Of a stretch of 36,230 nucleotides of DNA, positions 1-10,648 are shown in pieces. The DNA is from Octopus bimaculoides (Eukaryota), in NCBI RefSeq assembly GCF_001194135.2, contig NC_068992.1, positions 23,472,676-23,508,905 of the forward strand, read 5' to 3'. A program made the position numbers and the translations under genes. Below the pieces are notes generated by a model. That model saw only the letters and a list, made by a program, of their open reading frames with translations. It made no database searches and was not told the DNA's origin. The number at the start of each line of letters is the position of its first letter. Within the stretch, counting starts at the first letter, position 1.

Positions 1-112
1 TCCGATCTTTCCATTTATTTTGAATATATGATCTGGCGTTGTTTTGGCGTTGTTTCGAAACTGTTTGGTATGAGCATGTGAGTGTGTGCGTGCGTGTGTG
101 TGTGGGGGGTGT

Positions 113-672
113 ATAGCAGAACTTGAGACAGTTCAACCATACTACACGAGGAAGATTGCATCAATGGAACAGCCGAGCTGCTGGGAGAGTTTGAGAGAAT
201 TACTACTCTATTCCCTGGAACGAAGCGGATGAGGTATGCCGTGATATATTTGTGGAAATTACTGGAAAGTCTGGCACCAAACTTTGGAATTGAAAGTTAT
301 TCCAGACCTCGATTTGGATGTCACTGCATTGATCCAAAAGTCCCAGCTGACTCAACTATGTGAGAAACATATAGTGCAATAGCTTGTGATTCAAGGTACA
401 CAGCTGTTTATATCCTTGCCAAAACATCTGAGGGATCTCCATGGAATGGGGTTACATGTTCGCAAGAAACGACTTGACGTCTTGCTATCCATGATCCCAG
501 ATGAACCAATATCAAGGCAGGAAACTCAAAAGCGATCAGCGGTATCTCAAACTTCCTCCTTCACCAAAAATCAATCCCATAGAATTGGCCAATTAAAAGG
601 TGATTACACTGGCGACTGGCGGTGCACCAAAATGGCCACATCGTCAGCGATGAAACATATGAAAGAATAAAA
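113..672 (+). mobile_element. 5'-truncated, decayed CR1/L2-like non-LTR retrotransposon: C-terminal end of ORF2 plus 3' tail
   Basis: Manual translation across frameshifts gives IAELETVQPYYTRKI..SCWESLRELLLYSLER / RMRYAVIYLWKLLESLAPNFGIESY..RFGCHC / QGTQLFISLPKHLRDLHG..KKRLDVLLSMIPDEP. This matches the post-RT C-terminal pattern I recall for CR1/L2-group LINEs (LExVQRxFT..L.YWERL..L.LYSLERRR.RY..IY.WK; P.LFN.LP..LR; LD..L..IPDEP). It ends in GAAAGAATAAAA followed by a (CATA)/(TA) tail. Confidence 0.8.
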
Positions 673-709
673 TATACATACATAGATACATACATACACA
701 CATATATAT

Positions 710-740
<31 letters not shown>

Positions 741-747
741 AATATGA

Positions 748-1470
748 TTAAGGGATCAGCAAAATATTTGCTTCACCACATACCGAAGTTCAGAAATAGA
801 AGCTAAAAACCTTATTGTTTTTGCCTTTGTGAGTTACAAGTAATGCTATCTGTTGGAGTCTCAGCTTTTTTAGCTGCTATTTCTGAACTTCGGTATGTGG
901 TGAAGCAAATATTTTGCTGATCCTTAATTATGTTTATAAATGTATATGAACTTTTAAATAAGTTCTCCACCGATAATGGTGCTTTCATACCGATGGGCTT
1001 GGTAAAAGTTATTAATTTTAATTGATTTATTAATTAATAAATTGATAATCCTTTGCCCTTTTAATTTGTAATAATTATTCACTCCCTGTTAGTATACGCT
1101 AATTCTCTGCGGTATCACTTGTCGCGCACATGGTAATTTCTTGAAGGAAGGACAGTTAGACTGGCTGACCGAGGTAGATTCGGTTATGCTTTCAGATCTG
1201 TGTCGTTGTGGAATGTTACTCGTTCATGCTTGCAAAGTTTGCTAGCATAGTCAAGTTTACTGCTGGAATACAGTATTGATGAAGGAAATTGAGTATCAAT
1301 CATAATCCAGAAACGCGTCTATTGTTAACCTTCGGAATGGTTAGTTTTTCATTGTTTGTTTCTTCTTGTTTTTACCTTTATGAGTTACAAGTGATGCTAT
1401 CTGTGGGATTCTCAGCTTTTTTAGCTGCTATTTCTTCGGTATATACTTCGGTATATGGTGAAGCAAATAT
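748..1470 (+). mobile_element. Penelope-like element remnant: inverted plus direct copies of a terminal repeat (pLTR) with a hammerhead-like core
   Basis: About 60-bp inverted arms at 748-809 and 867-927, with a perfect 46-bp match between 754-799 and 877-922. The segment GAGTTACAAG..CTCAGCTTTTTTAGCTGCTATTTC..GGTGAAGCAAATAT recurs directly at ~830-912 and ~1383-1470. Hammerhead-like motif at 1270-1325. Tandem and inverted pLTR arrangements are typical of PLEs. Confidence 0.6.
1270..1325 (+). ncRNA. Degenerate type I minimal hammerhead ribozyme motif
   Basis: ACAGTA (stem I) - TTGATGA (CUGAUGA with C3>U) - A GGA..ATTGA gta TCAAT..TCC A (stem II) - GAAA - CGCG - TC - TATTGT (stem I partner, one G-U pair). 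Confidence 0.55.
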
Positions 1471-1742
1471 ATATACATATATANNNNNNNNNNNNNNNNN
1501 NNNNNNNNNNNNNNNNNNNNNNNNNNNNNNNNNNNNNNNNNNNNNNNNNNNNNNNNNNNNNNNNNNNNNNNNNNNNNNNNNNNNNNNNNNNNNNNNNNNN
1601 NNNNNNNNNNNNNNNNNNNNNNNNNNNNNNNNNNNNNNNNNNNNNNNNNNNNNNNNNNNNNNNNNNNNNNNNNNNNNNNNNNNNNNNNNNNNNNNNNNNN
1701 NNNNNNNNNNNNNNNNNNNATATATATATATATATATATATA

Positions 1743-1846
1743 ACAAATCGACCCCAGAACTTACTCTTTGTAAGCCTAGTACTTATTATATCGGTGTATT
1801 TTGCCGAGGGACATAAACACACCAATATCGGTTGTGGTTGTCAAGC
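1743..1846 (-). mobile_element. Fragment of the body of SINE type B, next to a gap
   Basis: ATCGACCCCAG..AGTACTTATT.TATCGG..TTTTGCCGA..TAAACACACCAA..TCAAGCG, shared with the copies at 8424-8640 and 17409-17525. Confidence 0.75.
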
Positions 1847-2535
1847 GTGTTTGAGTCGAGAACCTTCTCCAATTCGATCATGCTCTCTGTAACGATGTTA
1901 AAATGCGACGTTTGAGCTGCATTTTCATGTTGGGGAAGAGATGGATGTCCGCAGGCTAACTCCGGCGAATATCGCTATGCAGAAACGATATTATGTATAT
2001 CTAAGCGAGAGACTCGCGAGAGTGGAGATCTCTATGACAGGCTTCCATTGTCGTCCTGAAAACGTCCGATCCTTCGCGCTCCACAGATCCAGTCGCTTTC
2101 ACTGAATGGACACTCAGTGAAACGTTTCAAATCTTCACAGTGGAGACCTCGATCGACGGTCTGACCCGTGAACCGAATTCTCGATGCACAATATTTCATT
2201 TAAGCGGGTGATGTTCGTGACAAGTCTTCCAGTGCACGTACCATTCGAAACATTGCATACGATGCATTGCTTCATTGATGTAAGCTTCGCGACGCATGCT
2301 CAAAGTTTCTGTAGCTAATGTTCCAAGTTAATGCAAAATTACTCGTTGGCACTTTGTTTTTGTCCACGACAAAATCTCAGACCACAGCATACATGTGATA
2401 AAAAAAACACAAATTTCACAACTGGTGAAGCAAGGACAGCAATGTAACTCGACACACAACCTCATGAAGGTCACTGTGCAAGCAACCGTGTGTTGGCTGT
2501 CGGCTGGTGCGCTACAGAACTAATCCGGGACCTTG
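1847..2535 (-). mobile_element. Internally deleted, degenerate mariner (Tc1/mariner) transposon
   Basis: The minus strand encodes an N-terminal HTH-like segment QRVILH*LGTLATETLSMRREAYINEAMHRMQCFEW (~2240-2348), a DDN remnant, and the mariner YSPDLAP-like motif YSPELA at 1954-1971, followed by DIHLFPNMKMQLK and KVLDS. The outer end at 2535 abuts a TA dinucleotide. The second TIR was not found. Confidence 0.85.
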
Positions 2536-2583
2536 TATGTATGTATGTATGTATGTATGTATGTATGTATGTATGTATGTATG
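2536..2583 (+). repeat. (TATG)n microsatellite
   Basis: Twelve perfect units read directly from the sequence. Confidence 0.95.
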
Positions 2584-2584
2584 T

Positions 2585-3858
2585 GCAGATTTGTATATTT
2601 TATGTATGTATTATCATGCATAGAGTTACATATCTAGACATGCTCATATATATATTGAAATGAAAATCTTCTGGAAAGTTTTACAGTTCCCCTAATGGAT
2701 TGGATTTATAGCCTTTAAATTAGCTTTTTCCTTTCTGGTTTTGAGAAGCCTAATTTCTCAAGATTGGTATTTAGGCAGTGTGTTATATATCCGCGGGCCC
2801 CAATAATTAAAAGTATAAACTTGAACTTGTAAACTGGATAGAGTAACTGTAGATTTCACAATTGCTCATGATAAGTGATCTCTTTTACGCTGATCTTCAG
2901 CTTTATGTTATCATCCGCTAGTCAGCTAATTTCCACAACTGTGCATAATTTCCCTTCTCTATCCCAAATCATTATATCAGGTCTATTGTGCTTAAGTTTT
3001 ATTGAGGTCTTCATCGGTACGCCTTTTTATTATGAGTGGCTATAACTTGTACTATATTCTAGGATTTTATTTGTTTGTCCTCGAGATTATACTTTCGACG
3101 GATTTCATTATAGACTGCCCTAGCTCCAACGTCATGTCTCATAGGTAGATAATATCGTGATGACATTTACGGACAAATGCTTATCATATGGGTGATATCT
3201 TTAGTGTGACCTCCACAAAGTCTGCATCGGTAGTCACATTTTAAGGTGTTTCCCCGTATCTCTATCCCCTTTGTGCATCAGGTACTTGGCTGATATTTCC
3301 TGTTCCTGGATTGCAAACGCATATCTTTCAAAGTGGGAGGTAATAATCCAGCTATTAGTCCAGGATAAACTGCTTTGATAGGCTACTATCATCACGGAGC
3401 TTTCTACTAATATATCCATGCATAGTCTTCTGCTCATATACGCTCATCACTTCATCTAAAGATACGTTGCGGTAGAGTCGGGCAACTTCTTTGGGCATGT
3501 ATTCTAGGTTATCAGACAAAGAGTGCTACTCAAGGAGCTGCCTTTGAACTATTATGATGTTATCAGCTTCATGTATGAAGACTTGGTCAAGGGATGCGCT
3601 TCGACACTTGGTGGTTAAAAGATGTTGCTGACGGGATATGATAAGACATTCAAAGGCATTTTGGATCGACTTTAAATCTCATATTTACGTTTTAGATAGA
3701 GGTGGTCTACATTATTATTTATGTGGAAATTATGTGTGCGTGTTAGTATTTTTCTGGTTTTCATACCAATGGCTTGGATCTCATCAAGCATCCAAGCAAG
3801 CAGCCCAAATGTTGGTATGAATACAAGCAGCGCAAACACATTGTGAGCCACTATATGC
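2585..3858 (-). mobile_element. 5'-truncated, decayed RLE-type (R4/Dong/NeSL-like) non-LTR retrotransposon, family 1: RT thumb, CCHC knuckle, RLE and 3' UTR
   Basis: Minus-strand translation gives AHNVFALLVFIPTFGLLAW..KTRKILTRTHNFH..VDHLYLKRK, SHFERYAFAIQEQEISAKY, CRLCGGHTKDITHMISIC (CCHC, 3173-3226), RHD (3131-3139), HNRPD (2976-2990) and IIGARG..LEKLGFS. Multiple stops and frameshifts. Confidence 0.9.
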
Positions 3859-3905
3859 ATGTATGTATGTATGTATGTATGTATGTATGCATGTATGTAT
3901 GTATG
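3857..3905 (+). repeat. (TATG)n microsatellite
   Basis: Direct reading. Lies at the 5' junction of the RLE element. Confidence 0.95.
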
Positions 3906-4116
3906 TTGTTATGAGTACTGGTACTGCTAATACATTGTGGGGTACGGATATGTTTGTATATGCACAAACACTTAGATTTGAACATAAAATCACTAGACTA
4001 CAAAAACATATACGAAGAATTTCAAACGTACACACTACTTTACACACATAGACAAACTAATTTCCTTCTATACATGTAAATAATACAAGCGAACATATAC
4101 AGACACACGTAGACTT

Positions 4117-4154
<38 letters not shown>

Positions 4155-4960
4155 TGTGTGTATGTGTGTGTGTTTGTGTGTGTATATGCATGTATATTTG
4201 TGTATGTAAATTATATATACATGTGTATGTGCTTGCATTTTATATATGTATGCATGTGTGTGTATGTAGCATATATTTAATAAGCTGAACATAAAATATG
4301 TCGTAAAGAAAGGTAAGTCAGCAGAATAATTTGATCAATAATTTCGTTGTGAATCATTGTGTTTTGAATACAATTGGAGCACTCCAGAGAATATCTGTCA
4401 TATCAATTGTGCAACAAATCCCATACATGATAGACCAAATACAATATACCTAATGAGACAATAGCTTTCTCTTCATATTGAGAAGAATAGTAAAAAGAGA
4501 CGAACGGAAAAGGCTAGGGATTTTGATCGGAAAAAATATAATTGAAAAAGTCATTCATATTTTTATATCAACTTCCTTCATATTACGCTAGACTAGATTT
4601 ACGATTTATTTCGATTGTATATATAGATGAGTCTAAGCTGTTTACTCAACAGCAAATATTCAAAACAAAAACAAATGAAGTGCTAAAGATGGTAATAAGC
4701 AATGGCGAAACGTGAAGCACACATGCAAATGCCAATGTGTTCTCGTATATAAATATTTTTTATGAGAATAGAATTTTCGTGAAAAGTTATGCAAAGAAAA
4801 AAAGCAACAAATCTGACAAGTGCTTTCGTCCTAGCGGATTCCCAGAATGCTGCTTCTCGCACTTTAGCCTTCCAGAACGACAAATACGGAAGAGAAATTT
4901 TCCTAGGTAAATTCAAAATCTGAGATTTGTCTTAAAATAATCAACATCAGTAACTGCGTG

Positions 4961-5034
4961 GACAGTCTGGTTGGAATAAAAATATTGGACAGTCTGTGGA
5001 CAGTATCGTAGACAGTCTGGTTGGAATAAAAATA
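4961..5034. repeat. Local 24-bp direct duplication (period 50)
   Basis: GACAGTCTGGTTGGAATAAAAATA at 4961-4984 and 5011-5034, with partial GGACAGT copies between them. Confidence 0.9.
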
Positions 5035-7073
5035 GCAACATCAGCGTCAAGCAGTGATGAAGAATAAAGGAACTTTAGTATGTTAAAATATGTTTGTTAC
5101 ATATTTTAACTTCTAACGGCAAATCCACTGAAGTTACTGTGGAGAAAAACTTCTCTCTCATGGTAAAAGGTGTAAAAACACCATATTATCTCTGAAATAC
5201 ATAATGTACCTACGAAAAACAAAAACAAAAAGAAAAAAACAAAGAAACTAACGTACCTGATATACAGTATAACGTACAGTTTAACAATTCTCTAAAACTT
5301 CATAAGTTATTTATCAGATTGATGTTTCATAGACATGTTAGTGATTATCATTCAAAGAATCTTCAAATTCTTTAGCTCCATAAGTAATCTCTTATGTCTC
5401 TTGTTTTTATGCAATTCATTTCAAACTTTTAGTTTTCCTTTTACTCAGGTATGTCAAGAGTAAAATGTTCGCCAAGTGCATTCTCTTAACAATTACTTAA
5501 TATGATTACATTTTGTTATGAGAGCACCATTGAGGGCATAGAGTGGACTTCTTACAGTCATTCGTATACCAGTGCAACTTATGCACACATTTATACGAAT
5601 GTTCAAATATATGTGTGACATGACGTCGTATGCTGTGTAAGTGACACCTGAGTGGTCATTAGCATGTTGGTAATGATTGAATCCACTCTGCGTATCCCAT
5701 TATCTATTGCAATGACCATCAGCTTCACTTTCTTAGCATTCAGATGCCAATTAATTTCTCCACCTCATTCAGTTGTCTATAGAATCCCATTAGGATTTTG
5801 TATTGATATCAATCAATTTCTGGTCCCACTTCTCGGCATCATTGTTTTGCGACGGTTGAGGGTACTACATGCTTAACTGTACTAATCTCCATTAATTGAA
5901 TTTTCACGCCAACAAGACTGGCAGTGTTTAACTTGTATATTAGCAATAAACAAAGACGATGTTTTCTAACAATATATTTAGCGATGGCAGTGCATTAAAC
6001 AGCATTCACTTGACTCTTAAGTGCATTTATGTTTCTTTGCCTGAAAGAAGAAATCATTACCTTACCAACCAGTGAGAATAAATGCTTGGTGAACATACTC
6101 TGAACAAAAAAAAAACAAAAAAAATTAACAGAACCCGGATGACATGCAATTTTTTTCGGGTGGTGTTAAAAACCATTAAAATCAGTTTTCAATAGGATTG
6201 ATAATTTTCAAAACCAGTAACATCATAGAATATAAACTATTAATGTTACAAAAATGTGTACTGCCAATAACATGACTAATGAAAGGCAATAGTAGGAGCA
6301 AAATATAAAAAAGTGAAACAGCTTAAAGCGAGATTTCGTATAATGATCGAACGCAACGGTCGGACAGAAACAGTTCAAGTTTAACAAACAATACAGCCAA
6401 CATATTCGATGCAGTAAAAACAAAAACTCCCTTAAACATTTGCGATAATGAATGATGGTTATTGATCACAATCCGTCGGTGACAAAATCTCGATATCAAC
6501 AAGCTCGAATAATGTCTTCACATGATTGATAGTTCATATATTCGATTCAAGTTTGATCTGTCCCGAAACGCAATAAAATATATCATGCCTAAGAATAACA
6601 AGAATTCTAAACAATAGTGGAGGAATAGATGGCAGTAATAGCATACTTTTCCCAAGATGGAGCGCAAGGTTTTAAGTTCAACAAAATCAGCTTCTTTCAA
6701 TTACAGTCATGGTAAGGACACATGATGCGGAAATTTTGAGTAGGTACACCTTTATCCCGGAAGCGTTCCCTGTACTCCGGAAAAAAGCTTTAAAGGTAGA
6801 GATATTATTGACATTGAACTTACGGCTATACTCGTATACAACATAATTCTTCAGACAGCTGCCATTCATGTCAGAATTTTTAGACTCTTTAAAATTGGAT
6901 TCAGATGGGCCATTTAATTGATCAAATTTATCGGGTCCACTCACATTCTAGTGATTAACAAAGTTCCTTTACCAAGATTAGCTAAAATTGAAAGTTCTCC
7001 TGTTAAATATTCTTACTTATGCTTCCAGGAAAGATGTCTAGATAATAAATTTAAGAATGCTGTGGCTGCGTTT

Positions 7074-7120
7074 ACACACACACACATACATACATACACA
7101 CACACACACACATACATACA

Positions 7121-7205
<85 letters not shown>

Positions 7206-7223
7206 CTTCCTCTCTATATATAT
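7074..7223 (+). repeat. Compound microsatellite (CA)n-(CATA)n-(CTAT)n
   Basis: Direct reading. Confidence 0.95.
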
Positions 7224-8162
7224 GGACTAATGGTATCTTCGTTGAGAACAACGAATTTCAGTTGTACGCCAGGAGAAATATATCGGGCGTAACGAAGATT
7301 ACGTTCCTCGTATCTTACTTCGGAATCCGTCAAATTTCTCTTTAAAATTGAAACTTATAGTACAAGTGGTACTTGAATATAAATATTTAGCAAACTAACA
7401 TTACTATACTACATTTGGAGCTAACGGAAGATAAGTGACAGATTAATATCATATGAGAGTGGAACAGTCGCTTTATGGTAGAATGTACACAGATTTTCCT
7501 ATAAAGACAAAAATTCACACTATCTATTTAAGTTGCATAACAGACAATTTCAAAATGAAGTCGAGGTTATGTAATCCAATTGAAAATATTTTACTGTAAA
7601 ATTCTTCAGTGTATTTGAACACTGCCCTACGCAACATCTACATTTTCACACATTCGAAACATATGCAATTTTGGATATATCAGGTATCAACTGTTTTCTG
7701 AATGCCATTACATTTATATATCATAAGACCCAAAACAACACTCGCAACAATAACAAGTGTGAGTATTTCAGTAAATTAGATATAATATGTATGTAAAATA
7801 ATTTTTCTCTATTTAGCATTTTCCACTGTGTATTTCATTCCAGAATATCATTGCTGAGTTGTCTGCACTTTCAAGCAAACATTCACTCTTAACTAGTTTT
7901 TTTTTTCTCAAACAGTCTTATATTACAAGGACTGAAAACTATTGCAATGCAACGTCCGAGCATAGTCTTATCTTCATTAGAAATCTCGGTCCTCATACAA
8001 TACTATGCAATAAATAAATAATGTATATAGGATATTCATAGCTTTCGAAATCAGTGACTTTATTTTTCAGAAACTGTCTCCAAACATCTAGTATACTATA
8101 TATATTTGTGTATGAATGTATGTTGTTGAAAATGTATATAGTTGAAATTTATAGAAATACAT

Positions 8163-8325
8163 AAGACGAAGACATGTGTTTGAACAACAAGCAGGTGTAA
8201 TTTTCTGAGACTCGGGCAAGTGAAAAAGCCTTTTACGTTTCGAGCCTACACTCTTCATCAGAAACGAATAAGAGAGAATAAACAGAGAGAGAATAATAAC
8301 AACTTGTGGATTTAGCGATCAATCA
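8163..8325 (-). mobile_element. Solo Penelope-like terminal repeat (family 2) carrying a hammerhead core
   Basis: Homologous to 32998-33120 (AAGACGAAGACATGTGT identical; AAGCAGG; GAATAAGAG..AATAAACAGAGAGAGA; TGTGGA.TTAGC). That copy lies downstream of a Penelope GIY-YIG C-terminus. Confidence 0.65.
8231..8264 (-). ncRNA. Minimal type I hammerhead ribozyme motif with intact core
   Basis: Minus strand: TTT-CTGATGA-A-GAGT gtag GCTC-GAAA-CG-T-A-AAA. Intact CUGAUGA and GAAA, a 4-bp stem II, palindromic ACGU stem III, GUA cleavage triplet and a 3-bp stem I. Confidence 0.6.
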
Positions 8326-8423
8326 TGAAAGAGAATATGTATATATGTATATATAATTACATGGAAAAATTGATACATTTGTAGACAGATACGTAGATTG
8401 TTATATATCTTCTACAATTTATG

Positions 8424-8640
8424 TTTTCTTTGATTGTCATTAGCTTGCGGCCATGCTGGGTTATCGCATTAAAGAATGATGTATTTTAGTCTAAGGAATC
8501 GAACTCAGTACTTATATATTGTAAAGCTTGGTACCCATTATAAGGGTTTCTTTTGCCGAACTGCTAATTTATAAGGTCGTCATCACACCAACGCCAGTTA
8601 TCAAGTAGTAGTGGTGGGCGAACACAGACACCAAGATACA
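8424..8640 (-). mobile_element. SINE type B, 3' half (diverged)
   Basis: GCGGCCATGCTGG..AGTACTTAT..CTTTTGCCGAACTGCTAA..CACACCAAC..AACACAGACAC, shared with 17103-17525. Confidence 0.75.
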
Positions 8641-9272
8641 CACCCACACATACACTCACACATACACGCACAAATTCTCTCTCTCTGTCTCTCACACACA
8701 NNNNNNNNNNNNNNNNNNNNNNNNNNNNNNNNNNNNNNNNNNNNNNNNNNNNNNNNNNNNNNNNNNNNNNNNNNNNNNNNNNNNNNNNNNNNNNNNNNNN
8801 NNNNNNNNNNNNNNNNNNNNNNNNNNNNNNNNNNNNNNNNNNNNNNNNNNNNNNNNNNNNNNNNNNNNNNNNNNNNNNNNNNNNNNNNNNNNNNNNNNNN
8901 NNNNNNNNNNNNNNNNNNNNNNNNNNNNNNNNNNNNNNNNNNNNNNNNNNNNNNNNNNNNNNNNNNNNNNNNNNNNNNNNNNNNNNNNNNNNNNNNNNNN
9001 NNNNNNNNNNNNNNNNNNNNNNNNNNNNNNNNNNNNNNNNNNNNNNNNNNNNNNNNNNNNNNNNNNNNNNNNNNNNNNNNNNNNNNNNNNNNNNNNNNNN
9101 NNNNNNNNNNNNNNNNNNNNNNNNNNNNNNNNNNNNNNNNNNNNNNNNNNNNNNNNNNNNNNNNNNNNNNNNNNNNNNNNNNNNNNNNNNNNNNNNNNNN
9201 NNNNNNNNNNNNNNNNNNNNNNNNNNNNNNNNNNNCATATATATATACATACATATATACATACATATATAC

Positions 9273-9305
<33 letters not shown>

Positions 9306-10273
9306 GAGAAACGTAGATATTTCTGGCGATGTTTCTGCCTAAGCACAAAAATACACGTTCTTTGTATGTGGTTGATCATGAGATTTAAAGTAGAAGAACG
9401 AAACGCACGTTAACTTATATTCCCTATCAATTACTTTCTTTCTTTAAAATAAATATCGTATTGCTGTTGTAATTCCGAAAAGAAAACTAAATATAACACT
9501 TGTTTTTAGACATAAAATATGACATTTTCATAAAATATTGTCAATTTAAATTTAATAGGATATTCTATACACCTGTTTACATTCATGGCTGATTAAGCAA
9601 CAGGTTTAAAGTCAGCAAAACATGACTAGGAAAATAACATCCATTTCTTTGAATATCAGCCTAGCTTAATATAGCATAGCATTATTCATCAAATATCCTC
9701 TATATTTATGAAGTAGAATTTTTTTAATTCAATTCAAAATTTGCCGAAATCACCTTAATGTACTAAAGCTATTTTCCGAATCTAGAAATTAATTTCCTGG
9801 AGTTTTCTATGAAGGTTCGAGAAATACATCATTGAAACCCTAAGACAGTTATTAGGAGAGATTTATTGAGCTAAAAATACTGCTTTTTTATTGCAGTTTC
9901 CTATGCAAATGTTTCTTGAGGCCTTGCCATTTTGAAATAAGCATTTATTAAAGAAATGTTCATATGTTGTTATATCCGGTAAACAACAAAAGCCACTAAA
10001 TTCGTGATTCTAAATTATATACGAAGAATATTTCAGCCACTATATTCATGATACTAAATTATATACAAAAAAATATTGTAGAAGGAAATATATAAGTGAG
10101 TATATTTAATTGTGTAATAATCATAAACCTATTACAGTCGTAAATGCAATTTTGAGATTGTTTACTTTAATATGTATAACGTTTAGATCACACGCAACAA
10201 GCATGCAACAGTACTGGAATCCGTCATAGTCTCAATTATATTGTACAACCATTTTGGAGATATTGTATTCATA

Positions 10274-10331
<58 letters not shown>
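10274..10331 (+). repeat. (GT)n microsatellite
   Basis: Direct reading. Confidence 0.95.
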
Positions 10332-10333
<2 letters not shown>

Positions 10334-10599
10334 TATCTGTGTGGCGAACATCTTTCTCCGTTTGATCAGCTTCAAAAATTGTTTAGATACTAGGATATAT
10401 ATTAATACTTTTCTTAACATGAAACCAATGGTAGCCTTACTTTACAAATAAAGTTATTCTATCCACCATTGCTGTGTTGAACACTCATTCTGAACGTTCG
10501 ANNNNNNNNNNNNNNNNNNNNNNNNNNNNNNNNNNNNNNNNNNNNNNNNNNNNNNNNNNNNNNNNNNNNNNNNNNNNNNNNNNNNNNNNNNNNNNNNNN

Positions 10600-10648
<49 letters not shown>

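Noticed and set aside
748-927. piggyBac MITE interpretation based on the terminal TTAA
   Set aside because: The ends lack the CCC..GGG piggyBac termini on both sides, and the arm recurs as a direct repeat next to a hammerhead motif, which fits a Penelope-like element better.
1289-1892. ORFs spanning N-gaps (here and at 8564-9379, 10454-10736, 15157-16173, 20790-21329, 26220-27099, 30732-31298)
   Set aside because: They are open only because Ns and (TA)/(CA)/(TAA) repeats contain no stop codon in some frames.
4690-4730. CTAAAGA..GAAACGTG as a hammerhead core
   Set aside because: The core is mutated, stem II does not pair, and the cleavage position would be G.
4961-5034. 24-bp repeat plus 26-bp spacer as a CRISPR-like unit
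   Set aside because: Only two copies, the spacer contains repeat fragments, the context is eukaryotic and there are no cas genes.
5650-5880. Minus-strand HLNAKKVKLMVI resembling an RT (RTE-like) segment
   Set aside because: A single short motif with no flanking YADD or other RT motifs.
6700-7065. Possible hAT dimerisation-domain remnant (LPRLAKI / KVLLLN / QERCL) and the 85-aa minus ORF
   Set aside because: The motif needs several frameshifts and no TIRs were seen. It cannot be supported without a profile search.
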